DNA of 64,000 nucleotides from the NCBI GenBank assembly GCA_965221905.1, contig OZ244922.1, positions 1 through 64,000 on the forward strand, in the 5' to 3' direction. Of the stretch, positions 39,204 through 48,686 are shown piece by piece. Made by a program: the position numbers and the translations under genes. A model generated the notes under the pieces. The model ran no database searches, had not been told where the DNA came from, and worked only from the letters and a program-made list of their open reading frames with translations. Position 1 is the first letter of the stretch. Each line of letters begins with the position of its first letter. This DNA comes from Chloroflexota bacterium. GTDB lineage: Bacteria; Chloroflexota; UBA11872; VXOZ01.

Positions 39204-39620
39204 TTGAATCGCGAGGCCGAGCCGATCACATCCGATTTCTTCCCTCCTGCCTACGTTCGGCGGTGCCGCGCGGCGCGCAGAGAGATGTCTTCAATCTGGA
39301 CGCCGACGGTCGGCGATTGGGTGATGCAGGATGACGCTCTGCGCCTTCTCGATGAGAAAGAGGCGACACGCGGGAGCGAGCTCTTAACCGACCGCGCCGT
39401 GTGCTGGCTGCCACGCCTCGACCAACTGCTGGCGTTGCTGAACGCGGTCTCGCCGCACACTGTCTTGGACTGCTATAAGGGCGACTTTGCCTGCATCTGC
39501 TTTGACGAGGTGAGCCGCCGCATCGCGGACGTGGTATCGGAAACGCCTGAGCTCGCCTGCTTGCAAGCCTACCTGTTCATCCGGGCAGAGATAGCCGCGC
39601 ATGAGAGCCAGCAGCAATAG
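39204..39620 (+). CDS. Hypothetical protein
   Basis: 138-aa ORF with GAGG RBS; W.P.VGD and WLPRLDQL motifs; directly upstream of the PHP gene. Confidence 0.65.
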   Translation: MNREAEPITSDFFPPAYVRRCRAARREMSSIWTPTVGDWVMQDDALRLLDEKEATRGSELLTDRAVCWLPRLDQLLALLNAVSPHTVLDCYKGDFACICFDEVSRRIADVVSETPELACLQAYLFIRAEIAAHESQQQ

Positions 39621-39639
39621 CAGCCGGAACACATGCGCC

Positions 39640-40869
39640 ATGCAGGCAACCTACCTCGCCGACCTTCACCTGCACTCATCGTTTGCAATTGCTACAGCGA
39701 ATGACATCACTGTTCCCGCACTGGCCCATTGGGCGCGGCGCAAGGGCATCCAACTCCTGGCCTCCGCTGACTTCACGCACCCAGTCTGGCGCGCCCATCT
39801 GCAGGAGACTCTGCAACCCGCTGCGGGCGACCTCTTTATCTACGAGGACACCCACTTCATCCTCGGTACCGAACTCTCCTGCGTCTTCAAACATGCGGGC
39901 AAGGGCCGCCGCATGCACTTGCTGGTGTACGTTCCGAGCTTTACTACTATCGAGAAGATCTGCCGGTTCCTGGAGCGCGTTGGAGCGAAGCTCGCCGGGG
40001 ATGGCCGTCCGCTCATTTCCCTGCACGCGCGTGAACTGACGGCGGCAATCCTGGAGATCGACCCCCGCAGTATCATCGTACCCGCCCACGCCTGGACGCC
40101 TTGGTACGCGCTCTTTGGTTCCAAGTCCGGTTTCGATTCCCTTGAAGAGTGCTTTGGTGAATTGACGTCAGCGATTCCCGCGCTGGAAACGGGCCTTTCG
40201 AGCGATCCCGCCATGAATTGGCGCGTGCCGGACGCCGACGGCCGCAGCATCGTTTCGTTTTCCGATGCGCACTCCCTGCGGAATTTAGGGCGCGAAGCGA
40301 CCGCGTTTCAGGGACCACTGACGTTTGACGGCCTCGCCGCGGCTCTTAGAGAAGAACGCATTGCCTACACGGTGGAATACTACCCGGAAGAGGGCAAATA
40401 CCACGCGACCGGCCACCGCGCCTGCAACGTGCGCTACCTACCGGCGGATACGCAAGCCAGGGGCACGTCGTGTCCCGTCTGCGGTCGTCCCCTCACGGTG
40501 GGCGTGCTCGAGCGCGTGGAGGCGCTGGCCGCCCGGCCGGAATTTTCTATGATAGCTGATGAGCGAGGTTTTCTGCATGGACCGGACGGCCGCCCACCCT
40601 TCAAGCGCGTGGTCCCGCTTATGCAGATCCTAGCCGAATGCCTTGGCGTCGGCGAGCGCACCAAGACGGTTGCACGCGCCTATACGGAGTTTACTGACGA
40701 ACTCGGTTCAGAGTTCGCCGTGCTGCTGGATGCCCCTTTGGAAGCGATAGCTGGCGTGGCCGGAGAGCGGATAGCTGAAGGCATTGCGCGCATGCGGACC
40801 GGCGACGTGGCGGTCGAACCAGGCTATGACGGAGTCTACGGCACCGTGCGCATCTGGCCGGATAGGTAA
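39640..40869 (+). CDS. PHP-domain/Zn-ribbon protein of the endonuclease Q family
   Basis: ADLHLHS, ADFTHP, PAHAWTPW, ETGLSSDP, SDAHS, GKYH..GHR.C, CPVCG, PGYDGVYG. Confidence 0.9.
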   Translation: MQATYLADLHLHSSFAIATANDITVPALAHWARRKGIQLLASADFTHPVWRAHLQETLQPAAGDLFIYEDTHFILGTELSCVFKHAGKGRRMHLLVYVPSFTTIEKICRFLERVGAKLAGDGRPLISLHARELTAAILEIDPRSIIVPAHAWTPWYALFGSKSGFDSLEECFGELTSAIPALETGLSSDPAMNWRVPDADGRSIVSFSDAHSLRNLGREATAFQGPLTFDGLAAALREERIAYTVEYYPEEGKYHATGHRACNVRYLPADTQARGTSCPVCGRPLTVGVLERVEALAARPEFSMIADERGFLHGPDGRPPFKRVVPLMQILAECLGVGERTKTVARAYTEFTDELGSEFAVLLDAPLEAIAGVAGERIAEGIARMRTGDVAVEPGYDGVYGTVRIWPDR

Positions 40870-40997
40870 CGCACGAGGCATTGCATCGTATTACGCCCTC
40901 CCTTGCAGGAGTCTACGCACCGCGTCGAGCGAATGCTAGTTTCCCATTGGAAGGCTGTAGGGGCGGTTCGCGAACCGCCCCTACGCAATCACAATCT

Positions 40998-42164
40998 TCA
41001 CCGCGGCATGGCGGCCATGATGGCGATGGCGCGTTCGATCTCTTCCTCGCTATTCATGAAGGCGGTGCAGAGGCGCACGCCTTGCATGCCGTCGTGCATG
41101 AGCGAGCGGCACCAGACCTTATGCTCATGCAGGTAGGCGGCGAGGTCATCGCCCGTAACCCCTTCGACACCGTACGCCACGATGCCCGTGTAGGCATCGG
41201 GGTGCTCAGGATCGTAGCAGACCACTTTCGGGTGCTTTAGCAGCTCGCCGCGCAGCCAACGCGAGAGGTGTTTACTGCGCTCCTCGATCACGCTGATGCC
41301 GAAGCTTTCCAGGTACTCCACGGCAACGCCCAGCCCCGCCATAGTGGGAAAGTTCACCGAACCCCATTCCAGCCGCTGGGGATAGGGCTGCCAATCAACT
41401 TCGCCGGTCTCGAAATCTATGTGGCGGGCCACGTGACTGCCGGACCAGGAGAGCTGCAGCACGTCACGCATGCGTTCGGCCACGTAGAAACAGCCCGTAC
41501 CATAGGGACCGAGCATCCACTTGTAGCCGAGCACGGCGTAGAAGTCGGGATCGATGGCGGCAATGTCCACGTCGAGTTGGCCGACGGCCTGCCCGCCGTC
41601 AAAGTAGACAAACGCGCCCTGTTCCCGGGCCAGGCGGCACATCTCCGCCACGGGCAACTCCGTGCCGCGGTCCTGCATCACGTGGCTCATCGCGACGAGC
41701 TTGGTACGCGGGGAGAGCAGCGCCTCGAAATTGGCGAGATTCTCTTCCGGTGTCGCGCCAACCGGCATATGGTGGACCACCGCCCCGTACCGTTTGCGGC
41801 CGATGTTATAGAGCGGCAGCCAGAGCGCATCGTCTTCCTCATTGCTGGTAATGATTTCGTCACCCGGTACAAGCGGCAGGCCGGAGACCACCATACTGAT
41901 GCTGTTGGAGACGTTGTTCACCATCGAGATCGTATCGGCAGGCACGTTAAATAACCGCGCCAGCGCCTCCCGCGTGTGTTGCTTGTGCAGAAAGCGCTCG
42001 TCACGACGGCTCTGCAGCCACGGGCCGTTCTCGAAGAAGAACTGCCACCGGTCTGTCACTTCTTCCAGCACCGGCCGGGCGTTCATCCCGATGCCGGCCG
42101 TGTGGAGGTAGATGCCGTGTTGCAGCGCCGGAAAGTCTTCGCGAATGCGCGGAATGTCCAACAT
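40998..42164 (-). CDS. Aminotransferase class V / cysteine desulfurase-like PLP enzyme
   Basis: IREDFP, SHV, DGGQ, GYKWMLGP. Confidence 0.9.
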   Translation of the reverse strand: MLDIPRIREDFPALQHGIYLHTAGIGMNARPVLEEVTDRWQFFFENGPWLQSRRDERFLHKQHTREALARLFNVPADTISMVNNVSNSISMVVSGLPLVPGDEIITSNEEDDALWLPLYNIGRKRYGAVVHHMPVGATPEENLANFEALLSPRTKLVAMSHVMQDRGTELPVAEMCRLAREQGAFVYFDGGQAVGQLDVDIAAIDPDFYAVLGYKWMLGPYGTGCFYVAERMRDVLQLSWSGSHVARHIDFETGEVDWQPYPQRLEWGSVNFPTMAGLGVAVEYLESFGISVIEERSKHLSRWLRGELLKHPKVVCYDPEHPDAYTGIVAYGVEGVTGDDLAAYLHEHKVWCRSLMHDGMQGVRLCTAFMNSEEEIERAIAIMAAMPR

Positions 42165-42228
42165 GCCTATTCCTCTTATCCTTGTCTGCCTAAATGCTCT
42201 TGTGCCGCCGTGTCCCGTCGGCCCGCGT

Positions 42229-42573
42229 TTACCCAGACCCGCCAGGCCGGTCGTACGATGTTCTTTCGGCCACTATCTTGGTCTTGCTCAGCGCAGCTTG
42301 CATCTCATCCACCGTAAGCAGCGGCGTCGTCTTAACCGTCTTGACGTGACCCGGCGCAATGGCGGCAATGACCGCAGCCGCCGCGGTGGCGCCGTCGGGC
42401 GCTTCGAAGATGACAACCCCATCATAGTCGCCAAAGGCATAGTACACCGCGATCAGCCGGCCGCCGAGACTCTCCAGCAGCGGCTCGATGGCGTCCCTCC
42501 GGTCTTCCGGATCGTCGGCCAGTTGCTTCCAGGTTTCCGTTGCGTATGAAAACTGAGACATGAACACAGGCAT
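42229..42573 (-). CDS. GYD domain protein
   Basis: LGGRL...YYAFGDYD, TTPLLT; GGAGAGG RBS. Confidence 0.88.
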   Translation of the reverse strand: MPVFMSQFSYATETWKQLADDPEDRRDAIEPLLESLGGRLIAVYYAFGDYDGVVIFEAPDGATAAAAVIAAIAPGHVKTVKTTPLLTVDEMQAALSKTKIVAERTSYDRPGGSG

Positions 42574-42923
42574 CGCGCACCTCTCCTATCTGTTGTGCTG
42601 TCTAAGCGCTGAGCGCGCTTGAAAACTCGCACACGGGCTCACTCTCCCCTGCAGGTTACCCCGAAACTACGTATTTGGGAACCGATGCATCCTACGGCCC
42701 ATAGACAGCAATGATGTAGGAAACCAAGACTCCCCGACCCGCCCTGCTAACGGTTCGCCTTAAGTATATCCATTCGGCTCCGCCATGTACCGCTTTTGGC
42801 GGCAACAGGGGAGGAACCACGTTCGATTGGTCTGCAGGACCCCGCTACGGCGACTTCTGCCCTGGCTGAATTCAGTTGTCGTGCTGGTTACTTGAAAGGC
42901 CGGTTGGAAGATCCGCCCCATCC

Positions 42924-43301
42924 GTCATTCCCGCGCAGACGGGAATCCATCTTCTCTTGATTCCATGGTTCCGATCCAGCGGGAGACAAGCCCCCGCGCT
43001 ACGGGCAAGCTCCGATTCGGAGGAACCCAGCGGCGAAGCATTGAGGGACACACGTACTAGATTCCTCGCTGCGCTCGGAATTGTAAGTGTCAGGTAATTC
43101 GCTGATAGAAGTGGTACATCAAACAACAGGAGATGATGTCCTAGTATTGGCTGTCTTACGCGATAAGTTGCTCCAAGCACGAGACGTGGTTGCACATGCA
43201 TCAGAGACGACCATGGCAGGCGGCAGAAGAACCGTCACTCCGGCGAAAGCCGGAGTCCAGGGGGTGCAGCGAAGATGGATTCCGGCTTGCGCCGGAATGA
43301 C
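42924..43301. repeat. Cluster of dRS3-like GTCATTCC(C/G)GCG..GC(G/C)GGAATCC palindromes; also 44875-44900, 59181-59204, 62363-62388, 63332-63357
   Basis: gtcattcccgcgcagacgggaatcc; gtcactccggcgaaagccggagtcca; tggattccggcttgcgccggaatgac. Confidence 0.85.
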
Positions 43302-43429
43302 GGAGTTGCACGTCTTCTGCCAGCCATGATTTAAATTGTAATGATTGAACTGTCAACGAATTATTCAACACTTACAGGAATGACGTGAATTATCAAGGCC
43401 GCCCATTCCACAGGATTGACGGCGCGCGT

Positions 43430-44557
43430 TCAAGACAGCCTTTGCACTGCCCGTTGCAGCGCATCAGCATTGCGGCGGTGGAAGTCCTGGTCACGGGCGC
43501 TGATGCCGGTGAGCATTAGGTGCGGCATCAGGGACTCCGCCACCGGGCACCAGCCCCGGCGATACGGGAGCGGCTGCGACTGCGGCGCGCGGCTCACGCC
43601 ATACGAGCCACCCAAACTGAAGACGGGATGCAAGTAGGCCGGTACGCCGACGTAGCCGAAACTGAAGGCTGCATTCTCCTCCGCGCACGCTGCCTTGAAT
43701 TCCTCTAAGGAAGGACCGCCCGGCTGGGGCGCAAAGGCTGCCACCCAAAGATGGTAGGAATGGACGCTGTCCGCGCTCGCCTTCTGCGGACGCAGCCAGG
43801 CGCAGCCTTCCACCGCAGCCGCGTAGAGTTGGGCGCTGGCGCGATCTTCTGCCACGTAGCCGCGAGCGCGGCGCATCTGCACGCGCGCCACGGCGGCGGT
43901 GAGTTCGGTCATGCGGTAGTTGTTGGCCACGCGTACGGGCGCCGCGCCAAACGTGATGATGGCGCGCATTTGCTCGTTGAGATAGGCGTCATTGGTCACG
44001 GCCATGCCGCCGTCGCCGGTGCTTACGTGCTTCGAGGAATTGAAGCTGAAGACGCCGACTGCGCCGAGCGTGCCCGTGCTGCGCCCGCGCCACTCGCCAA
44101 AGAGGGCGTGCGCGCAATCTTCGATCACCGGCAGCTTTTGGGTGTTTGCTACTGCCAGGATGCCCTCCATGTCTGCCGGTTCGCCCCAGTGGTGGGTTAC
44201 GACGATTGCTTTCGTGCGCGGCGTGATGCGTTCCGCCAGCGAGGCGGGATCCATGTTGTGGGTATGCTCATCTACGTCGGCAAACACGGGCATGGCGCCC
44301 GTGTACAGCACCGCCAGGCCGCCAAACAGCACCATCGGATCGCATACCACCTCATCGCCGCCCCCCACGCCAACCGCCAGCAGCGACGCGTGCAGCCCAC
44401 CCATGGCCGCATTGCAAGCGATCCCATGATTCGCTCCCAGCGCCGCCGCAAACTCCTGCTCCAGCGCCGCTACCTCCGTGCCGGCGCCGAGCACGCCGGA
44501 CTCCAGCACCCGCGTAACCGCTGCGATATCTTCGGCGTCGAAAACCTTCTTGCTCAT
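43430..44557 (-). CDS. DegT/DnrJ/EryC1/StrS family PLP-dependent aminotransferase
   Basis: IEDCAHA, FSFNSSKH...GDGG, NYRMTE; start ATG 44557. Confidence 0.93.
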   Translation of the reverse strand: MSKKVFDAEDIAAVTRVLESGVLGAGTEVAALEQEFAAALGANHGIACNAAMGGLHASLLAVGVGGGDEVVCDPMVLFGGLAVLYTGAMPVFADVDEHTHNMDPASLAERITPRTKAIVVTHHWGEPADMEGILAVANTQKLPVIEDCAHALFGEWRGRSTGTLGAVGVFSFNSSKHVSTGDGGMAVTNDAYLNEQMRAIITFGAAPVRVANNYRMTELTAAVARVQMRRARGYVAEDRASAQLYAAAVEGCAWLRPQKASADSVHSYHLWVAAFAPQPGGPSLEEFKAACAEENAAFSFGYVGVPAYLHPVFSLGGSYGVSRAPQSQPLPYRRGWCPVAESLMPHLMLTGISARDQDFHRRNADALQRAVQRLS

Positions 44558-45061
44558 CTTATTTGCCCTCTCACGTGCCTCGCCGCAGTTTTTCGTCCTG
44601 GTTTCTTGATGATACTGCATTGAGTGCAGTGCGGTTCAAACCTCACCGCCTTGAGCTTCATCCGCTTGCCTACGTCGTTCCTCTGCATATCGGTTATCAC
44701 GTAGGGGCACGACATGTCGTGCCTTACCCTCTCATCGCTGGGGCACATCCAAGAGTGCAGGTAAGCTGGACCTCGGCTCTTTCCTTTACTAGAGCATCGA
44801 GAGTTCTCGAACACTGCCAGCAAGGACGGAGAATAAAGTTGTGGCTGCAACAAAGAGCACCAAACGAGAAATGCGTCACTCCGGCGGAAGCCGGAGTCCA
44901 GAGAGCGGCGGAGTGGAACGCTCCGGTGTCCTAGTATTGGAGTGCATTTGCTGAGTGGCCTCGGCGAGAAGTTCCCAAGTAAAGGCATCTGCACTCGCTG
45001 ACAAGGATTCACCCTCACCCCCGTTTCAAGTACGGGGCAGGCTCTAGCCCTCTCCCTCAAT

Positions 45062-45292
45062 GAGACCTTTGCGTAACTCCGGCCAGCGGGGCAAGAATTA
45101 CTCCCTCTCCATGGGAAGAGGGCTGGGGTGAGGGGATTCCTGCTTATCCTGTCTTTTCTACCTCTAATATCTATACGTAAGTGGGCAAAATCGGTGAAAA
45201 TGGCCCGGATTGCGGGGATTCCCCCTCACCCTAACCCTCTCCCGCCGGGAGAGGGGACTTTCTCGCCTCGGCAAGGGTTACGCAAAGGTCTC
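45062..45292. mobile_element. GAGACC-type MITE, 231 bp, with 6-bp target duplication
   Basis: Perfect 16-bp TIRs GAGACCTTTGCGTAAC / GTTACGCAAAGGTCTC; flanked by CTCAAT on both sides; follows ccctctcc. Confidence 0.9.
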
Positions 45293-45395
45293 CTCAATGG
45301 GACCCTTGAATAGGAACTTATGTAGGAAAGTGCCGAAAAGTGCTTGACTCACTTTCGGCACTATGCTGTGTTATCCTTCAAGTTCAGGAGTATAT

Positions 45396-45647
45396 GACAT
45401 GTCCCGCAAGGCTTCCGGCAAGTCCAACCGTACCTGCATCAGCGTGGTAGAACAGTCCCGCCGATTCCCGGACGACATGACCGCTGAAGCGTGGTACCTT
45501 GCGCACCGGCTTCGAGTCGCGCTGACCGAGCGACAGAACGCGTTTGCCGGCCCGTTGGAAGCCGATGAGACCTACATGGGCGGAAAGCGGCTGCGTAACC
45601 GAGAGCTTATCGCGGACAATGGGCCGGCGTCCGGGGCGTGCGCATGA
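45396..45647 (+). pseudogene. Internally deleted IS1595-family transposase
   Basis: Retains N-terminal FPDD..AEAW, W.LAHR, catalytic FAGPLEADETYMGGK and C-terminal KRLR.RELIADNG, all in frame; AGGAG RBS; IR-like ggaacttatgta at 45313. Confidence 0.85.
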
Positions 45648-48487
45648 CACCCTACGAGTTCATCGACAAGTGGCGAGCCTCCACGCTGACGGAGCGCTCA
45701 GCATCGCAGCAACATTTCCTCGACCTCTGCGAGTTGCTTGGCGAACCCAAACCCGCTGACGTCGACCCGACCGGCGAGACGTACTGCTTCGAGCGGGGAG
45801 CTCGCAAGGACACCGGCGGGGACGGCTGGGCCGATGTCTGGAAGCGCCATCACTTCGCTTGGGAGTACAAGGGGAAGCGGAAGAACCTCGACGCGGCCTT
45901 CGACCAGCTCCGTCAGTACTCGCTGGCGCTGGAGAACCCGCCGCTGCTGATCGTCTCCGACATGCTGCGGTTCCGCATCCGCACCAACTGGACGAACAGC
46001 GTCAGCAGAACCTACGAGTTCGGCCTGGACGACCTGGCTGACGCCGCGACACGCGACAGGCTCAAGTGGGCGTTCTCGGACCCGGAGCGGCTGCGGCCGG
46101 GCGTGACGCGGCAAGCGCTCACCGAACAGGCGGCGCAGTCCTTCGCCGCGGTCGCGCAGGCGCTACGGGAGCGCGGACACGACCCGCGCGCAGTTGCGCA
46201 TTTCGTCAACCGGCTCGTCTTCTGCATGTTCGCCGACGATGTGGGTCTGCTGCCCGGCCACATGTTCACGCGGATGCTGGAGCAGGCGCGGCGCACACCG
46301 CCGCAATTCGCCGAACTTGCCGGCGAACTCTTCCGGGAGATGGCCTCTGGCGGACGCGTCGGCTTCGAGACGGTCGAGTGGTTCAACGGTGGGCTGTTCG
46401 ACGACGACACGGCGTTGCCTCTGGAGAAGTCCGACATCGACACCGTGCTGGCGGCGTCGCGCCTCGATTGGTCGGAGATCGACCCGTCGATCCTCGGCAC
46501 GCTCTTTGAGCGCGGGCTGGACCCCAACAAGCGCGCCCAGCTTGGGGCGCACTACACCGACCGCGACAAGATCATGCTGATCGTCGAGCCGGTGGTGAAC
46601 CGCCCGTGGCTTGCCGAATGGGACGCGGAGAAGGCCGAGATCGCCGCCGAGCTGGAACGTGCGGATGCCGCCAAGTCACCCGCCACTCGCACGAGACGCC
46701 GTAACCAAGCCGAGCAGCGGTATCGGACGTTCCTCGACCGGCTGCGGGCGTTCACGGTGCTCGACCCGGCATGCGGCTCCGGCAACTTCCTATATCTGGC
46801 CCTGCAGGCGCTCAAGGACCTGGAGCACCGGGTACAGCTTGAGGCGGAGGCGTTCGATTTACAGCGCGCGTTCCCGGAAATCGGCCCGGCCAACGTCAAG
46901 GGAATCGAGATCAACCCGTACGCGGCGGAGTTGGCGCGTGTATCGGTTTGGATCGGCGAGATCCAGTGGATGCGTCGTAACGGATTCTCGGAGGTACGAA
47001 ATCCGATCCTCAAGCCGCTCGATACCATCGAGTGCCGCGACGCGATCGTGACGCCAGAAGGCACAGAACCGGACTGGCCGGAGGCGGATGTGGTAATCGG
47101 CAATCCGCCGTTCCTGGGCGACAAGCTACTGCTCCGCAATCTCGGAAACGACTACGTGTCACGCCTGCGGAGGACCTACGCCGGTCGATTGCCCGCACAA
47201 GCCGATCTAGTCTGCTACTGGTTCGAGAAGGCTGCCAAGCAGATCCAGGCTGGCAAGGCGACACGAGCCGGTCTCGTTGCAACAAACTCGATCCGCGGTG
47301 GACCCAATCGAGACGTGCTGGACCGAATCGTCCGGGACGCTGCGATCTTCGAGGCCTGGGCCGACGAACCCTGGGTGGTCGACGGTGCCGCCGTTCGAGT
47401 CTCGCTCGTCTGCTTCGCGTCACAAGACTCAGGCTTGCCCATTCACCTTAACGGAGAGAACACCGACCGGATCGGTCCTGACTTGACCTCCCGCGTTGCA
47501 GATCTAACAACGGCGGTGAGATTGGTTCAGAATAGCGACACGGCTTTCGTCGGCGACCAGAAGGCGGGACTATTCGACATTCACGGTGACTTGGCAAGAG
47601 AGTGGCTGCAGCTTCCAGCCAACCCCAACGGTCGGTCGAACACGGACGTTCTCAAGCCCTGGGTAAACGGGATGGACCTGACCCGCCGGCCGGCAGGCAA
47701 GTGGATCATCGACTTCGGATGGCAGATGTCTGAGGCTGACGCGGCCCTGTACGAGGAGCCATTCCGATGGGTGCAGGAGCACGTCTACCCTTCGCGTCGC
47801 CACAACAACCGCGCGGCCTACCGCAAGCACTGGTGGCGACACGGCGAGCCGAGACAGGGCATGTGGCGGGCGCTAAAGGAGCGTCGAAGGTACATTGCAA
47901 CGCCTCGCGTTGCCAAGCACCGCCTATTCGTTTGGCTCGATGCTCGCGTCTGTCCCGACTCAGCAACGATCGCCATCGCCCGCGACGACGACACGACGTT
48001 TGGGATCCTGCACAGCCGGTTCCACGAAGCCTGGTCGCTCCGGCTCGGGACGAGTCTGGAAAATCGGCCCCGCTATACGCCGACTACCACCTTCGAGACG
48101 TTCCCGTTCCCGCCCGGCCTGACGCCGGACGTGCCCGCGACCGAGTACGCCTCCGACCCGCGTGCGCTTGCCATTGCGGCCGCCGCCCGGCGGCTCGTAA
48201 AGCTGCGCAACCGCTGGCTCAACCCGCCCGAGTGGGTCGAGTGGGTTGACGAGCCGGTTTCCGGTTTTCCGAAGCGGCCCGTTTCGCGCGACGAGGCGGC
48301 GGCGAATGCGCTCAAGAAACGCACGCTGACGAACCTCTACAACGACCGCCCGCAGTGGCTCGCCGATGCTCACGAAGCCCTTGACGCCGCTGTGGCTGCC
48401 GCATACGGTTGGCCGGCGGACATTTCGAAAGACGACGTTCTCCACGAGTTGCTGGCGCTCAACGGCGGCGCGGCCAGCCACGTTTAG
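45644..48487 (+). CDS. MmeI-like type IIG/IIL restriction-modification enzyme (nuclease + N6A MTase + TRD)
   Basis: ADVWK...WEYK nuclease motif; GAHYT; VLDPACGSGNF; GNPPF; RYTPTTTFETFPFP; ATGA overlap with the transposase stop. Confidence 0.92.
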   Translation: MTPYEFIDKWRASTLTERSASQQHFLDLCELLGEPKPADVDPTGETYCFERGARKDTGGDGWADVWKRHHFAWEYKGKRKNLDAAFDQLRQYSLALENPPLLIVSDMLRFRIRTNWTNSVSRTYEFGLDDLADAATRDRLKWAFSDPERLRPGVTRQALTEQAAQSFAAVAQALRERGHDPRAVAHFVNRLVFCMFADDVGLLPGHMFTRMLEQARRTPPQFAELAGELFREMASGGRVGFETVEWFNGGLFDDDTALPLEKSDIDTVLAASRLDWSEIDPSILGTLFERGLDPNKRAQLGAHYTDRDKIMLIVEPVVNRPWLAEWDAEKAEIAAELERADAAKSPATRTRRRNQAEQRYRTFLDRLRAFTVLDPACGSGNFLYLALQALKDLEHRVQLEAEAFDLQRAFPEIGPANVKGIEINPYAAELARVSVWIGEIQWMRRNGFSEVRNPILKPLDTIECRDAIVTPEGTEPDWPEADVVIGNPPFLGDKLLLRNLGNDYVSRLRRTYAGRLPAQADLVCYWFEKAAKQIQAGKATRAGLVATNSIRGGPNRDVLDRIVRDAAIFEAWADEPWVVDGAAVRVSLVCFASQDSGLPIHLNGENTDRIGPDLTSRVADLTTAVRLVQNSDTAFVGDQKAGLFDIHGDLAREWLQLPANPNGRSNTDVLKPWVNGMDLTRRPAGKWIIDFGWQMSEADAALYEEPFRWVQEHVYPSRRHNNRAAYRKHWWRHGEPRQGMWRALKERRRYIATPRVAKHRLFVWLDARVCPDSATIAIARDDDTTFGILHSRFHEAWSLRLGTSLENRPRYTPTTTFETFPFPPGLTPDVPATEYASDPRALAIAAAARRLVKLRNRWLNPPEWVEWVDEPVSGFPKRPVSRDEAAANALKKRTLTNLYNDRPQWLADAHEALDAAVAAAYGWPADISKDDVLHELLALNGGAASHV

Positions 48488-48686
48488 TAGTCACCGTAAA
48501 ATCCCCCCCCGGTCTATACATCTATACAATACGGGGTTGAGGGTGAATCCTCGTCAATCCAACCCAATCCCGCTTGCTTGGCTGAGTTATTCAAAGGTCT
48601 CCTATGGTCGTACGCGGTCTTTTGTGCAAGCATGTGGTCGACCCTTTAACCCCTTCCTATAGCCCAATCCGGGCTAGAGTAAGAGA

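Larger units (their letters stand above)
45299..48601. mobile_element. MITE-bounded composite carrying an IS1595 remnant and an R-M gene
   Basis: Left gggacccttgaata, right gttattcaaaggtctc; the right ~70 bp are homologous to the end of the 61132 MITE. No matching target duplication. Confidence 0.55.
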
